DNA of 64,000 bases from Thermoanaerobaculia bacterium (GTDB lineage Bacteria > Acidobacteriota > Thermoanaerobaculia > Multivoradales > UBA5704): NCBI GenBank assembly GCA_049284515.1, contig JBAPYB010000030.1:15345-79344 (forward strand). The letters are read 5' to 3'. This document shows, piece by piece, positions 1 to 11,804 of this stretch. How positions within the stretch are numbered: position 1 is the stretch's first letter; every line of letters starts with the position of its first letter. The position numbers were made by a program, and so were the translations under genes. Below the pieces are notes generated by a model. It was not told the origin of the DNA. It saw only the letters and a list, made by a program, of their open reading frames with translations, and made no database searches.

Positions 1-1588
1 ACCCTCCCCCGCCCGGCGTCTCCAGGATCAAGCGGTCCCCCGGCCCGACCTCGCGGCCGTCGATGGAGGCGAGGACCTCCACCTCGCCCGTAGCGGCCCG
101 CACCAGGCGCTGCCGGCCGCGCTCGCCGGGAGAGCCGCCGTTCATTCCGTACGGCGCCTCCACGCGATGCTGGGTCAGCAGCGACAGCGACATGGGCTCG
201 AGGAAGGTCAGCTCCCGCACCACGCCGTCGCCGCCGTGCCAGCGGCCGGCGCCGCCCGAGCCGGGGCGCAGGGCGAAGCGCTCCAGCCGCACAGGATAGC
301 GGTGCTCCAGGACCTCCGGATCGGTGATCCGCGTGTTCGTCATGTGGACGTGGACGCCGCTCGTGCCGTGGAACCCCGGCCCGGCGCCGGAGCCGCCGCA
401 GACGGTCTCGTAGAAGCCGAAGCGCGGATTGCCGAAGAGGAGGTTGTTCATCGTCCCCTGGCCGCAGGCGAGGAGGCCGAAGGCCTTGACCAGCGTGTCC
501 ACCACCCGCTGGCTGGTCTCGACGTTGCCGCCCACCACGGCCGGCGCCTCGGCGGGATCGTCGGGAAACGGCGGGTTCAACATCCCGGGCGGAATGCGGA
601 TGTCCACCGCCCGCAGGATCCCCTCGTTGAGCGGCAGGGCCTCGGCGATCAGCAGGCGCAGGACGTAGAGGATGGCGCTGCGCACCACGGCCGGCGGCGC
701 GTTGAGGTTCCCCGGGTGCACGCCGGAGGTGCCGGTGAAGTCGACGATGACGATGGGATCGGCGCCGGGGCCGGCGACGTCGATCCGTACTGCAATCACC
801 GCGCCGTCGTCCAGTCGTTCCAGGGCGGTGTAGGAGCCCACGGGGAGCCGGGCGAGGGCGGCGCGCAGCCGCTCCTCGGCCCGGGCCTTGAGGGCGGCCA
901 CGTAATGGAGCACGGTCTCCCGGCCGTGCTCGGCGGCGAGGGCCGCCAGCGCCTCAGCCCCCCGGTGATTCGCCGCCACCGCGGCCCGCAGATCCGCCAG
1001 GTTCTCCTCCACCGCCCGAGTGGGAAACGGCGCTCCCAGCAGCAGCCGGCGGGCCTCATCCCAGCGGGGCTCGCCGCGGCGGACGAGATAGGTGGGCGCG
1101 ATCACCACGCCCTCTTCGATCAACCGCCGCGCTCCAGGCGGCATGGAGCCGGGCCGGATCCCCCCGATCTCCGCATGATGGGCGCGGCTCGCCACGTACC
1201 CGAGAAGAGCGCCCTCGCCGGCTTCGAAGACAGGGGTCACCACCGTCACGTCCGGCAGGTGAGAGCCGCCGAACGCAGGGTGATTGGTCATGATCACGTC
1301 CCCCGGCTCCATCGGGATCGTCTCGCGCAGGCGCCGGACGCAAAGCCCCAGAGCGCCGAGATGGACGGGAATGTGAGGCGCGTTGACCACCAGCTCGCCG
1401 GCCGGATCGAGCAGCCCGCACGAGAAGTCGAGCCGCTCCTTGACGTTGGTGGAGACAGCCGTGCGCTGGAGCCGCTCCCCCATCTGCCGCGCGATGGCCG
1501 CAAAGCGGTGGGTGAAGAGCTCGAGCTGAACCGCTTCGGGCCGGGCGTCGGGAGTGGGGATGGGGCGGTCCTCCTGAGAGCGGCGAGA
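1..1588 (-). CDS. hyuB: Hydantoinase B / 5-oxoprolinase (HyuB family), N-terminal ~530 aa; gene continues beyond window start; start codon not identifiable
   Basis: Minus-strand translation gives PEAVQLELFTHRFAAIARQMGERLQRTAVSTNVKERLDFSCGLLDPAGELVVNAPHIPVHLGAL...MTNHPAFGGSHLPDVTVVTPVF, the hallmark HyuB motifs. An in-frame TAA lies at 1589-1591 with no ATG/GTG/TTG between it and the conserved N-terminus. The + strand ORF 167..1594 is its antisense shadow. Confidence 0.8.
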
Positions 1589-1956
1589 TTATAGATCGTG
1601 CTCGGGCTACAAGCCCCGGAATCGATACCGGCCGCCAACGCGATAACGGACCGTAGAGACGACCCAGACCCGCTACGATACCCTCTCGGATACCATGGGG
1701 ACGGCGGGCCGTCTCTGATGGCAGGCCACAGGCCGCCTATATCCTCCACAATCCCGGCGTACGGAAGGTTAAAACCTCATACCCCCCGGAATCGATACCG
1801 GCCGCCAACGCGATAACGCCCCACGGCCTTCCGCCGGAGACGCCCCGCCGTCCCCGGAGTGGCCGAGTGGTTATCGTAGCGGGTCTGGGTCGTCTCTACG
1901 GACCGGTGTCGTGTCGGCGACCGGTATCAATTCCTGGTATAGCATTTGGGAACGAG

Positions 1957-2439
1957 ATGGCGTCCAAGGGTGATCCTTTGTTTCGAAACAGGTACCGAAT
2001 TCCGTCGGCGCGATGGGATCGGTGGGACTACCGGCGGCCAGGGCTCTACCACGTGACCCTCTGCGTTCAATGGCGGCTCCGGTGCCTGGGCGAAGTGCTC
2101 GATGACGGAGTGGCACTCTCTCCTTGGGGTGAGGTCGTTGCCCGCGAATGGAGCCAGATCCCGCGAGGGCATCCTCAAGTGACTCTGGACGCCTCGATCG
2201 TGATGCCCGACCATCTCCATGGTCTCCTGATCTTGGGCGGCCAAGAAGCCCTGCCTCTGGGATCCATCATCAGCCAGTTCAAGGCGAAGGTGACAAAAAT
2301 CCTTCGGGCTCGCGGCCAGACCGAATTCGCATGGCAGGAACGATTCCACGACACCGTCCTCAAAGATTTCAAGGAATTGGATCGGGTCCGCGCCTATATC
2401 CTCGACAATCCCCGGCGCTGGAAGGCCAAGATTTCATAG
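1957..2439 (+). CDS. REP-associated tyrosine transposase (RAYT; IS200/IS605-like TnpA, Y1 HUH)
   Basis: 160 aa starting MASKGDPLFRNRYRIPSARWD. HUH motif MPDHLHGLL and C-terminal catalytic Tyr region RAYILDNPRRW. Flanked by inverted REP units. Confidence 0.85.
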   Translation: MASKGDPLFRNRYRIPSARWDRWDYRRPGLYHVTLCVQWRLRCLGEVLDDGVALSPWGEVVAREWSQIPRGHPQVTLDASIVMPDHLHGLLILGGQEALPLGSIISQFKAKVTKILRARGQTEFAWQERFHDTVLKDFKELDRVRAYILDNPRRWKAKIS

Positions 2440-2614
2440 CCCCCGGAATCGATACCCGCCGGCAACGCGATAACGGACCACGGCCTTCCGGCCGGAGACG
2501 CCCCGCCGTCCCCAGGGTGGCTGAGTGGTTATCGTAACGGGTCTGGGTCGTCTCTACGGACCGGTGTCGTGTCGGCGACCGGTATCAATTCCTGGTATAG
2601 CATTTGGGGAACGA

Positions 2615-2668
2615 GATGGCGTCCAAGGGTGAGCCTTTGTTCCCCGGCGCTGGAAGGCCAAGATTTCA
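2615..2668 (+). pseudogene. Internally deleted RAYT copy (first about 9 codons fused to last about 9 codons)
   Basis: atggcgtccaagggtgagcctttgttcc is joined directly to ccggcgctggaaggccaagatttcatag; the upstream REP unit and 5' leader are duplicated at 2440-2614. Confidence 0.7.
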
Positions 2669-2795
2669 TAGCCCCTGGAATCGATACCCGCCGGCAACGC
2701 GATAACGGACCGTAGAGACGACCCAGACCCGTTACGATACCCTCTCGGATACCATGGGGACGGCGGGCCGTCTCTGACGGCAGGCCACAGGCCGC

Positions 2796-4013
2796 CTATA
2801 TTCTCGACAATCCCGGCGCACGGAAGGCTAAAACCTCATACCCCCGAGAGCCGGCGGCCCCCAGTGCCCGCCCCAGCGCCTCCAGGCTCTCCAGGTTGTG
2901 CACCGGCCGGTGCTCGTCGACGTTCGGCAGCAGCGCGCGCACGCCCAGGGCCTTCGGCTGAAAGCCTTCCCAGCGCAGCAGCGGATTGAGCCAGATCAAC
3001 CGGCGGCAGGACTTGTGGAGGCGGTCCGCTTCGGCGGCGAGGCCCGGCTCGGGGTCGCGGTCGAGCCCGTCGGTGACCAGCAGCACCACGGCGCCAGCCC
3101 CAAGAACCCGCCGTGACCACCGGCGGTTGAAGTCGTGCAGGCAGGCGCGCAGGCGCGTCCCTCCCGCCCAGTCGGTCACCTCGCGGCCACAGCGCGCGAG
3201 CGCCTCGTCCACGTCGCGGCGCTGGAGGGTTCGAGTGACGTTGGTGAGCCGGGTGGCGAACAGGAAGGCGTGAATACGGCTGCCGGCATCGCGGTCGTCG
3301 AGCAGGGCATGGAGGAAGTGCAGCATCACCTCCGAGTAGCGCCCCATCGATCCCGAAATGTCGCACAGCACGGCGAGCGGCGGCGGATGAGAAACGCGCG
3401 ACCGGAAACGCAACGGCGCCAGGTCGCCGAAGGTCTTGAAGCTGTCGCGCGCGGTGCGGGCGAGATCGATCGCCGCGCCGTGCGGATCGGGTGCGAAGCG
3501 CCGCGTGCGCACCGGCCGCAGCGCCTTCGCCATCTTGGCCACGATCCGCTTGGCACGGGCGAGCTCCTCGGCGCTCATCTGATCGAAGTCGCGGGTACGA
3601 AACACCTCGTCGGGAGAAAAAGTGAGCGCTGCGTCGAATTCGATTTTTTCCGGCACCGGCTTGGCCGAGGCCGCCGGCGGGCGCCAAGCCTCGGCCACCC
3701 GGCGGGAGATCGTCTGCGCCCGCGGCACGCGCACGTGCGGCAGGAGCTGCGCCATGGCGGATTCCAACCCGAACGGATCGCGCCAGAACAGGCGGAAAGC
3801 TTGATCGAAGAGCTCGAAGTCCTCCGGCCGCTTGACCAGCACCGAGTGGAGGGCCCAATACAGCTCGTCGCGTTGCAGCACGTCCACCGCAGCCGTGGCG
3901 GCGAGGGCGTCGAGCCCACTCGCCGGCCCGAGGCGCAAGCCGGCGCCACGCAGGAGGCGGGTGAAGTGGACGACGTTCTCTGCCAGCTTCGAGGCCGCCG
4001 GAGCCGGCGTCAC
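2796..4013 (-). CDS. coxE: VWA domain-containing CoxE-like accessory protein
   Basis: 405 aa with DISGSM MIDAS motif and typical CoxE architecture. Start overlaps coxD stop by 4 nt. Confidence 0.85.
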   Translation of the reverse strand: MTPAPAASKLAENVVHFTRLLRGAGLRLGPASGLDALAATAAVDVLQRDELYWALHSVLVKRPEDFELFDQAFRLFWRDPFGLESAMAQLLPHVRVPRAQTISRRVAEAWRPPAASAKPVPEKIEFDAALTFSPDEVFRTRDFDQMSAEELARAKRIVAKMAKALRPVRTRRFAPDPHGAAIDLARTARDSFKTFGDLAPLRFRSRVSHPPPLAVLCDISGSMGRYSEVMLHFLHALLDDRDAGSRIHAFLFATRLTNVTRTLQRRDVDEALARCGREVTDWAGGTRLRACLHDFNRRWSRRVLGAGAVVLLVTDGLDRDPEPGLAAEADRLHKSCRRLIWLNPLLRWEGFQPKALGVRALLPNVDEHRPVHNLESLEALGRALGAAGSRGYEVLAFRAPGLSRI

Positions 4014-4909
4014 GGCGTCTCCGCCAGCAGGGCCTGCACCGGTCCACCCGCCGTCTTCTCGATGTCGTCCTGGTATTTGAGCAGCACGCCGAGCGTCGCG
4101 TTCACGGTGTCGGCGTCCAGGGCGTCCCGGTCGAGCGCCAGGAGCGCGCGCCCCCAGTCAATCGTCTCGGCGACTCCCGGCAGCTTGAACAGGTCCGCCT
4201 GCCGCAGCTTCTGCACGAAGCGCACGATCTGCCCGGCGAGGGCCTCGGCCAGCTCCGGCGCGCGCAAGCGCAGGATCTCCAGCTCGCGGGCGGCGTCCGG
4301 ATAACCGATCCAGTGGTAGAGGCAACGCCGCTTGAGGGCGTCGTGGATCTCGCGCGTGCGGTTGGAGGTGACGACGACGATGGGGGGTGATGGCGCGCGG
4401 ACTGTGCCCATCTCGGGGATCGTGACCTGAAAGTCGCTCAGGATCTCCAGCAGAAAGGCTTCGAACGGCTCGTCGGTGCGGTCGAGCTCGTCGATGAGGA
4501 GCACCGGCGGCCCCGCCGGATCGGGCTCCAGGGCCAGCAGCAGGGGGCGCTTGAGCAGGAACCGCTCGGCGAAGATGTCGTGCGCCAGGCGCTCACGGCC
4601 TTCGGCGCCTGCCCGCCCTTCGAGCTCCGCCAGGCGGATCTCCAGCATCTGGCGCGGATAGTTCCATTCATAGAGCGCCGCTGCCGCATCCAGCCCCTCG
4701 TAGCACTGAAGGCGGATCAGCCGCCGGCCCAAAGTCTCGGCGAGGACTTTGGCGACCTCGGTCTTGCCCACCCCCGCCTCGCCTTCGAGGAGAAGCGGCC
4801 GGCCCAGCCTGAGGGTGAGGAAGACGGCGGTGGCAAGGCTGGCGTCGGCGACGTAACGGCCCGACGCCAGCAGTTGGCGGGTTTCCTCGACGTTGCGAGG
4901 CAGGGCCAA
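4010..4909 (-). CDS. coxD: MoxR-like AAA+ ATPase CoxD
   Basis: Walker A GEAGVGKT and Walker B LLIDELDR; 299 aa; located in the cox operon. Confidence 0.85.
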   Translation of the reverse strand: MALPRNVEETRQLLASGRYVADASLATAVFLTLRLGRPLLLEGEAGVGKTEVAKVLAETLGRRLIRLQCYEGLDAAAALYEWNYPRQMLEIRLAELEGRAGAEGRERLAHDIFAERFLLKRPLLLALEPDPAGPPVLLIDELDRTDEPFEAFLLEILSDFQVTIPEMGTVRAPSPPIVVVTSNRTREIHDALKRRCLYHWIGYPDAARELEILRLRAPELAEALAGQIVRFVQKLRQADLFKLPGVAETIDWGRALLALDRDALDADTVNATLGVLLKYQDDIEKTAGGPVQALLAETP

Positions 4910-4910
4910 C

Positions 4911-5701
4911 TTACCCGCAGGCCTCGATCGCCCGCTTCGCCATCACCTTGACGAGGTGCGCCAGGTACTCCGGGCTCGCCTCGCCGCCGGTCCGCAAATC
5001 CCCGGCCGCGACCGCCACGACGTTGACGGCCCCGGACGTGAAGTGGGCAGCAAGCTGCTCCTCCAGCGCCGTAAAGCGGAAGACCTTGGAACCCGCCCCC
5101 GTCACCGCGACCCGCACGCCGCCCGCGGTCCTGGCCACCATCACGCCCACCACGGCGTACTTCGACGCCGGATGGGGGAATTTGGCATAGGCCGAGCACT
5201 CCGGCACCGGGAAGCGGACGGCGGTGATGATTTCGTCCGGCGCCAGCGCCGTCGAGAAGAGGCCGGTGAAGTAGTCGCCGGCCGCGATGCTCCGGCGATC
5301 CGTCACGATCGTCGCGTTCAGGGCCAGCACGGCCGCCGGATAGTCGGCCGCCGGATCGGCGTGGGCGAGCGAGCCGCCGATCGTGCCGCGGTTGCGGATC
5401 TGCGCGTCGCCGATCCCCCCGGCCAGGCCGGCGAGGCCCGGGATGCTCTTCTTCACCTCCGCCGAATTGGCGACCTCGTCGTGCGTGACGAGAGCACCGA
5501 TCACGAGATCGTTTCCCTCGGAACGGATCTCCTTGAGGCCCGGGATCCTGGCGAGCGACACCAGGTCCGAGGGCGCCGCCAGGTCGAGCTTCATGACGGG
5601 CAGCAGGCTCTGGCCGCCCGCCAGCAGCTTGGCCGCGTCGTTCCCCTTGAGCAACGTCACCGCGTCGGCGACCGACTGCGGGCGGTGGAGCTCGAAATTT
5701 C

Positions 5702-5705
<4 letters not shown>
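4911..5705 (-). CDS. coxM: FAD-binding molybdopterin dehydrogenase medium subunit (CoxM-like)
   Basis: LAGGQSLLP and [20 protein letters not shown]-binding motifs; 264 aa. Confidence 0.85.
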
Positions 5706-8076
<2,371 letters not shown>

Positions 8077-8080
<4 letters not shown>

Positions 8081-8553
8081 TGCGCACCTCCCCGCACGGC
8101 CTCGGCCGCCGTGAGCACGGCCTTGACGATGTTGTGATAGCCGGTGCAACGGCAGAGATTCCCTTCGAGGCCGTGGCGCACCTCGGTCTCGGTCGGGTTC
8201 GGGTTGCGCTGGATGAGCTCGGCGGAGCGCATCACCATGCCCGGCGTGCAGAAGCCGCACTGCAAGCCGTGACAGGTGTGAAAGGCCTCCTGCATCGGGT
8301 GCATCTTGCCGTTGGCCGCCAGCCCCTCGATCGTGGTGACCGCCGCGCCGTCAGCTTCCATAGCCAGCATGGCGCAGCTCTTCACCGACTTGCCGTCGAC
8401 CCAGACCGTGCAGGCGCCGCACTGGCTGGTATCGCAGCCCACGTGCGTGCCGGTGAGCCGCAGGCCCTCGCGCAGCAACTCGACGAGCAGCGTCCGCGGC
8501 TCCACGTCGGCAACGTGGCTTTTTCCATTGACTTTCAGGGTGATCGTGGCCAT
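8077..8553 (-). CDS. coxS: (2Fe-2S)-binding small subunit (CoxS-like)
   Basis: [11 protein letters not shown]... with the CGACTV and CGFCTPG cysteine motifs; SD GGGGAGG upstream. The ORF-track start at 8628 is an upstream extension. Confidence 0.85.
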
Positions 8554-8674
8554 GAACCTCCCCTCTCGGGCTTGCCCGTCGCTGGGCGCGTGGGTGGCCA
8601 TGGTATCGCCGGGGATTTGGCCGTGCAAGGGGGGGCCAGGGCTCTCCGATATAAACGCTCAGTTATTTCGGCGC

Positions 8675-8923
8675 TCACTCCGACGGGGGCTCAGCGCTGC
8701 ACGACGAAGCGAAAAACCTGAACACCACGGCGAGGAGGGCAAAGAACAGCCAGAGCGCCTGGCAGCCTGACTGAGCGTCCCTGAACCAGGGTCTCTGGAT
8801 GCCAAGACGCCCCTCCATGTAGATGATCGCCAACTCTCCACCCAGGGCAAGAAACAGCCCCACCAAGCAGACCACCGCGCACCAGATGTAGAACCTGCGG
8901 GAGCTGGGGCCGCCCAGGGGCAT
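8675..8923 (-). CDS. Small hydrophobic protein (82 aa, 2 predicted TM) upstream of coxS
   Basis: Strong SD AAGGGAGG 8 nt before the ATG; two hydrophobic helices. No family recognised. Confidence 0.5.
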   Translation of the reverse strand: MPLGGPSSRRFYIWCAVVCLVGLFLALGGELAIIYMEGRLGIQRPWFRDAQSGCQALWLFFALLAVVFRFFASSCSAEPPSE

Positions 8924-8950
8924 AGGTCGTCGCCTCCCTTCTTGACGCCG

Positions 8951-8990
8951 GCATCGGGGATGTTACCGCGATCTCTCGAGAACCGCAGCG
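8951..8990. repeat. Duplicate of the tacT 3' end (about 40 bp) about 70 bp downstream of the intact copy
   Basis: ggcatcggggatgttaccgcgatctctcgagaaccgcagcg matches ggcatcggggatgctaccgcgatctctcgagagccgcagcg at 9024-9063, which encodes ...AAALERSR*. Confidence 0.7.
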
Positions 8991-9037
8991 TCCAAGTCAG
9001 GAATCCTGCTTCCAACAGTACGCTGGCATCGGGGATG

Positions 9038-9547
9038 CTACCGCGATCTCTCGAGAGCCGCAGCGGCTGAAGCCGTGGGGAGGAAGAGTCGCTTCGGCTG
9101 CAGCGGAAAGACTCGAAAGCCGAACGCCTTGTAGAAGTCGGCCGCGCGCTCGTCCTTGGCATCCACCACGATGGCGAAAACGGCGATAGAGCGACCAGCG
9201 CCAAGGATGCGGCGGATGGCGTCGGCCAGGAGAAGCTCGCCCACACCCTGCCCTCGCATCCGCTCATCCCGCGCAAGCCGGCCGATCAAGGCGGCGGGGA
9301 TCGCGTCGTAACGCGGCAGCTTGTGTGCGATTTCCTCCGGCAGGTTCTCCGGCGAGAGGGTAAACGAGCTCAGGCTGTAGAAACCGACTACGCCGAGCTC
9401 ACCGGCTACGGCAACGAAAACGCGGGCGACGTTACGCTTCTCATCCTGGCTGGCCCGGAGCCGGAACCACTCGTCCAGATCAGGCTGACCGCAAGCAAAG
9501 CTCGCCCGGTCGTGGTGCCGACTGAGCGGCTCGATCACGACATCCAA
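9038..9547 (-). CDS. GNAT-family acetyltransferase toxin (TacT/AtaT-like) of a type II TA pair
   Basis: 169 aa with GNAT motifs (RGQGVGELLLADAI); TTG start. Immediately downstream of the DUF1778 antitoxin with a 6-nt gap. Confidence 0.75.
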   Translation of the reverse strand: MDVVIEPLSRHHDRASFACGQPDLDEWFRLRASQDEKRNVARVFVAVAGELGVVGFYSLSSFTLSPENLPEEIAHKLPRYDAIPAALIGRLARDERMRGQGVGELLLADAIRRILGAGRSIAVFAIVVDAKDERAADFYKAFGFRVFPLQPKRLFLPTASAAAALERSR

Positions 9548-9553
9548 GGAGGT

Positions 9554-9847
9554 TCATCCCAACATCGCGCGATGGCGTTTCAGCGCCGCGATCAGCTTCT
9601 CCGTCGGCTCGGGCGGATTCTGCAAAGCGTCGAGGAAAACTTCCCGATCCGCACCGATTAGCACCATGCGTTCATGCTCATCGAGAACCCGCCTTGCGCC
9701 CTCGTAGGCGAGATCACCAGCCGTCAGCCCCGAGACGGCCATTGCGCGCTGAATGAGTTGCTTGGCCGACGGAGCGATGCGCAGCTCAAGACGCTCTTTC
9801 TTGAGCTCGCGGTCGGCAGGTGGTTTGCGGTTCGCTAACGTCGCCAT
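9554..9847 (-). CDS. DUF1778 (TacA-like RHH) antitoxin
   Basis: MATLANRKPPADRELKKERLELRIAPSAKQLIQRAMAVSGLTAGDLAYEGARRVLDEHERMVLIG... SD AAGGAGG upstream. The ORF-track start at 9916 is an extension. Confidence 0.75.
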   Translation of the reverse strand: MATLANRKPPADRELKKERLELRIAPSAKQLIQRAMAVSGLTAGDLAYEGARRVLDEHERMVLIGADREVFLDALQNPPEPTEKLIAALKRHRAMLG

Positions 9848-9919
9848 GATGGCCTCCTTCTTCGGGAGACTGTACGGCAATCCGCCGTGCTTTGCAAGAG
9901 GCGCGGCCGGCGGCAAACG

Positions 9920-10110
9920 TCACCGCGCGCCCTGCTCGGCGCCCGGAACCCGAAGGCACTCGACCACCGCGTCCAAGGCGGTTCATCCCAGCGCTACACC
10001 ATGGCGTATCAAAAATCCGCTGCCGACATCGCCTTTCATCTCCCTGATGTCCCTGCGGTCTCTGCTGTCCCCCTCGCGTCCTGGCTCGTCGAGCGGTCAC
10101 GACGTCCAAG
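9920..10110. repeat. Decayed partial duplicates of the tacA-3'/tacT-5' junction
   Basis: Minus strand carries cttggacgtcgtgaccgctcgacgag and gatacgccatggtgtagcgctgggatgaaccgccttggacgcggtggtcgag, both resembling gaaacgccatcgcgcgatgttgggatgaacctccttggatgtcgtgatcgag at the intact junction (9521-9575). Confidence 0.6.
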
Positions 10111-11781
10111 TCAGGATTCCTGCTTCCAGCCTTCGCCGGATTTTCCATGCTCCGGGGGGCGCATCGGGAGCTGGAGCGAGAAAACCAGGCCGAGGAGGAT
10201 GAAGGCGGCGCCGCAAAGCAGCGCCTTGCGGTTGCCGCTGGTGATGGCGACGCGCCGGGTGGCGAGCAACTCGCCCCGCGCAGCGGGCGAAAGCTGATCG
10301 AAAACTCCCTCGACGCTGAACACCAGGCCGGAGGACTGTTGGCGCAGGCCGTGCTCGATCTGCGGCTTGGCGGCGGCCGGAATCTGTGCGCTCGCACCCA
10401 CCGCCCCCTGAAGGTCGCCGACGACCGAGGTCAGCAGAACCGAGCCGATGATCGCCGCGCCCAGCGACAAGCCGATCTGGCGAAAGGTGTTGGTGACGCC
10501 GGAAGCCTCGCCCGCCTCTTCCACCGGCACGGAGGACAGCGTGAGATTGTTGACCTGGGAAAGCACCATCCCCAAACCCATACCATACAGAGCCAGCCCC
10601 GGCACGAGCATCTTCAACGGAATGTCGATACCGAGCGCCCAGTACATGAGGAGAAGGGCGGCGAAGTTGACCCCGAGCCCCATCTGCACCAGACGCTTGG
10701 GCGGCACGGCCCTGCTCAGCGCCGCGGCGGCCGGCGAAACGATGAACAGCAGGATCGACATCGGCAGCAGCATGAGGCCGGTGTGGAAGGCGTCGAGGTT
10801 GCGCACGGATTGCAGGAACACCGGCAGCGAGAAGATCACGCCGTTCTGCGACAGCATCACCACGCCGACCACGGAGGCGCCGGCGACGAAGCGGCGGTTG
10901 CGAAACAGGTCCGACGAGACGATCGGCATCTTACCCTTGCGCTCGACATGCCGTTCCCAGAGGGCGAAGCCGGCGAGCAGCAGAGCGCCGGCGAGCAGGG
11001 CGAAAGGCACGATCGAAAGCCCGCCGAGCATCAGCTCCCAGCCGGCGACGTGAAACGGTTTCAGCGCCTGGATCCAACCGTAGGAGGACGCCTCGATGAT
11101 GCCGAAGACGATGGCGAAGAGCCCGGTCGAGGAGAGCAGGACGCCCAGCCAGTCGATCGTCTTGCGCCTCCCCGACTTTTCGTCGCCGAGCACCGCGGAG
11201 CCGGCGAGCAGCAGAGCGACCACGAAGACGTTGATGCGGAAGCCCCAGCGCCAACTGTAGTGGGTGGTCAGAAAGCCGCCCAGGATCGGTCCGATGGCGG
11301 AGGCCGCCGCCGCTACGCCCCCCCAGATGCCGAAGGCGATCGCGCGGTCGTGGCCCCGGAACTTGGCCACCAGGAGCGAGGCGGTGGCCGGCATCATCAA
11401 CGCCGCGCCGATGCCCTCGATGATCGACTCGCCGACGATCAACGTCGGCACCGAGCGGCTGATCGAGGCGATGAACGAGCCCACTGCGAAGAGGACGGCC
11501 CCCAGCATGAACATCCGCTTGCGGCCGAAGATGTCGCCGAAGCGGCCGCCGGTGACAGTCAGCGCGGCGAGCGTCAGCGAATAGGCCGAGATGACCCACT
11601 GCAGGCTCTGCAGGGTCGTGTGGAGCTCGCGAATCAGCGTCTTGAGCGAGACGTTGAGCAGCGTGGTGTCGATGATGACGATCGCCAGCGCGAGCGACAG
11701 GACGAAAAGGCTCCCCCACTTGCGCAGGCCCGTGGGCTCGGAGGAGAGTTGCGGAGACGGTTTTTTCATCGGTTGAGCCAT
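10111..11781 (-). CDS. MFS transporter, DHA2 (EmrB/QacA-like, 14 TMS)
   Basis: 556 aa beginning MAQPMKKP; typical MFS motifs (GRFGDIFGRKRMF). Confidence 0.85.
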   Translation of the reverse strand: MAQPMKKPSPQLSSEPTGLRKWGSLFVLSLALAIVIIDTTLLNVSLKTLIRELHTTLQSLQWVISAYSLTLAALTVTGGRFGDIFGRKRMFMLGAVLFAVGSFIASISRSVPTLIVGESIIEGIGAALMMPATASLLVAKFRGHDRAIAFGIWGGVAAAASAIGPILGGFLTTHYSWRWGFRINVFVVALLLAGSAVLGDEKSGRRKTIDWLGVLLSSTGLFAIVFGIIEASSYGWIQALKPFHVAGWELMLGGLSIVPFALLAGALLLAGFALWERHVERKGKMPIVSSDLFRNRRFVAGASVVGVVMLSQNGVIFSLPVFLQSVRNLDAFHTGLMLLPMSILLFIVSPAAAALSRAVPPKRLVQMGLGVNFAALLLMYWALGIDIPLKMLVPGLALYGMGLGMVLSQVNNLTLSSVPVEEAGEASGVTNTFRQIGLSLGAAIIGSVLLTSVVGDLQGAVGASAQIPAAAKPQIEHGLRQQSSGLVFSVEGVFDQLSPAARGELLATRRVAITSGNRKALLCGAAFILLGLVFSLQLPMRPPEHGKSGEGWKQES

Positions 11782-11804
11782 GATCGTCAGCCCAAAGCAA
11801 ACTC

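Larger units (their letters stand above)
1598..2830. mobile_element. REP-RAYT locus: four REP-like units in alternating orientation flanking one intact RAYT gene and one internally deleted copy
   Basis: Units at 1617-1787 and 2668-2830 are about 90% identical. Units at 1785-1956 and 2440-2614 are about 90% identical and carry the inverse complement (ggttatcgtagcgggtctgggtcgtctctacgg vs ccgtagagacgacccagacccgctacgataac). The unit tails resemble the RAYT 3' end (gcctatatcctcgacaatcccggcgctggaagg). Confidence 0.8.

Noticed and set aside
167-1594. 475-aa + strand ORF
   Set aside because: Antisense shadow of hyuB; Ala/Gly/Arg/His-rich with no family features. The minus strand carries unmistakable hydantoinase B motifs.
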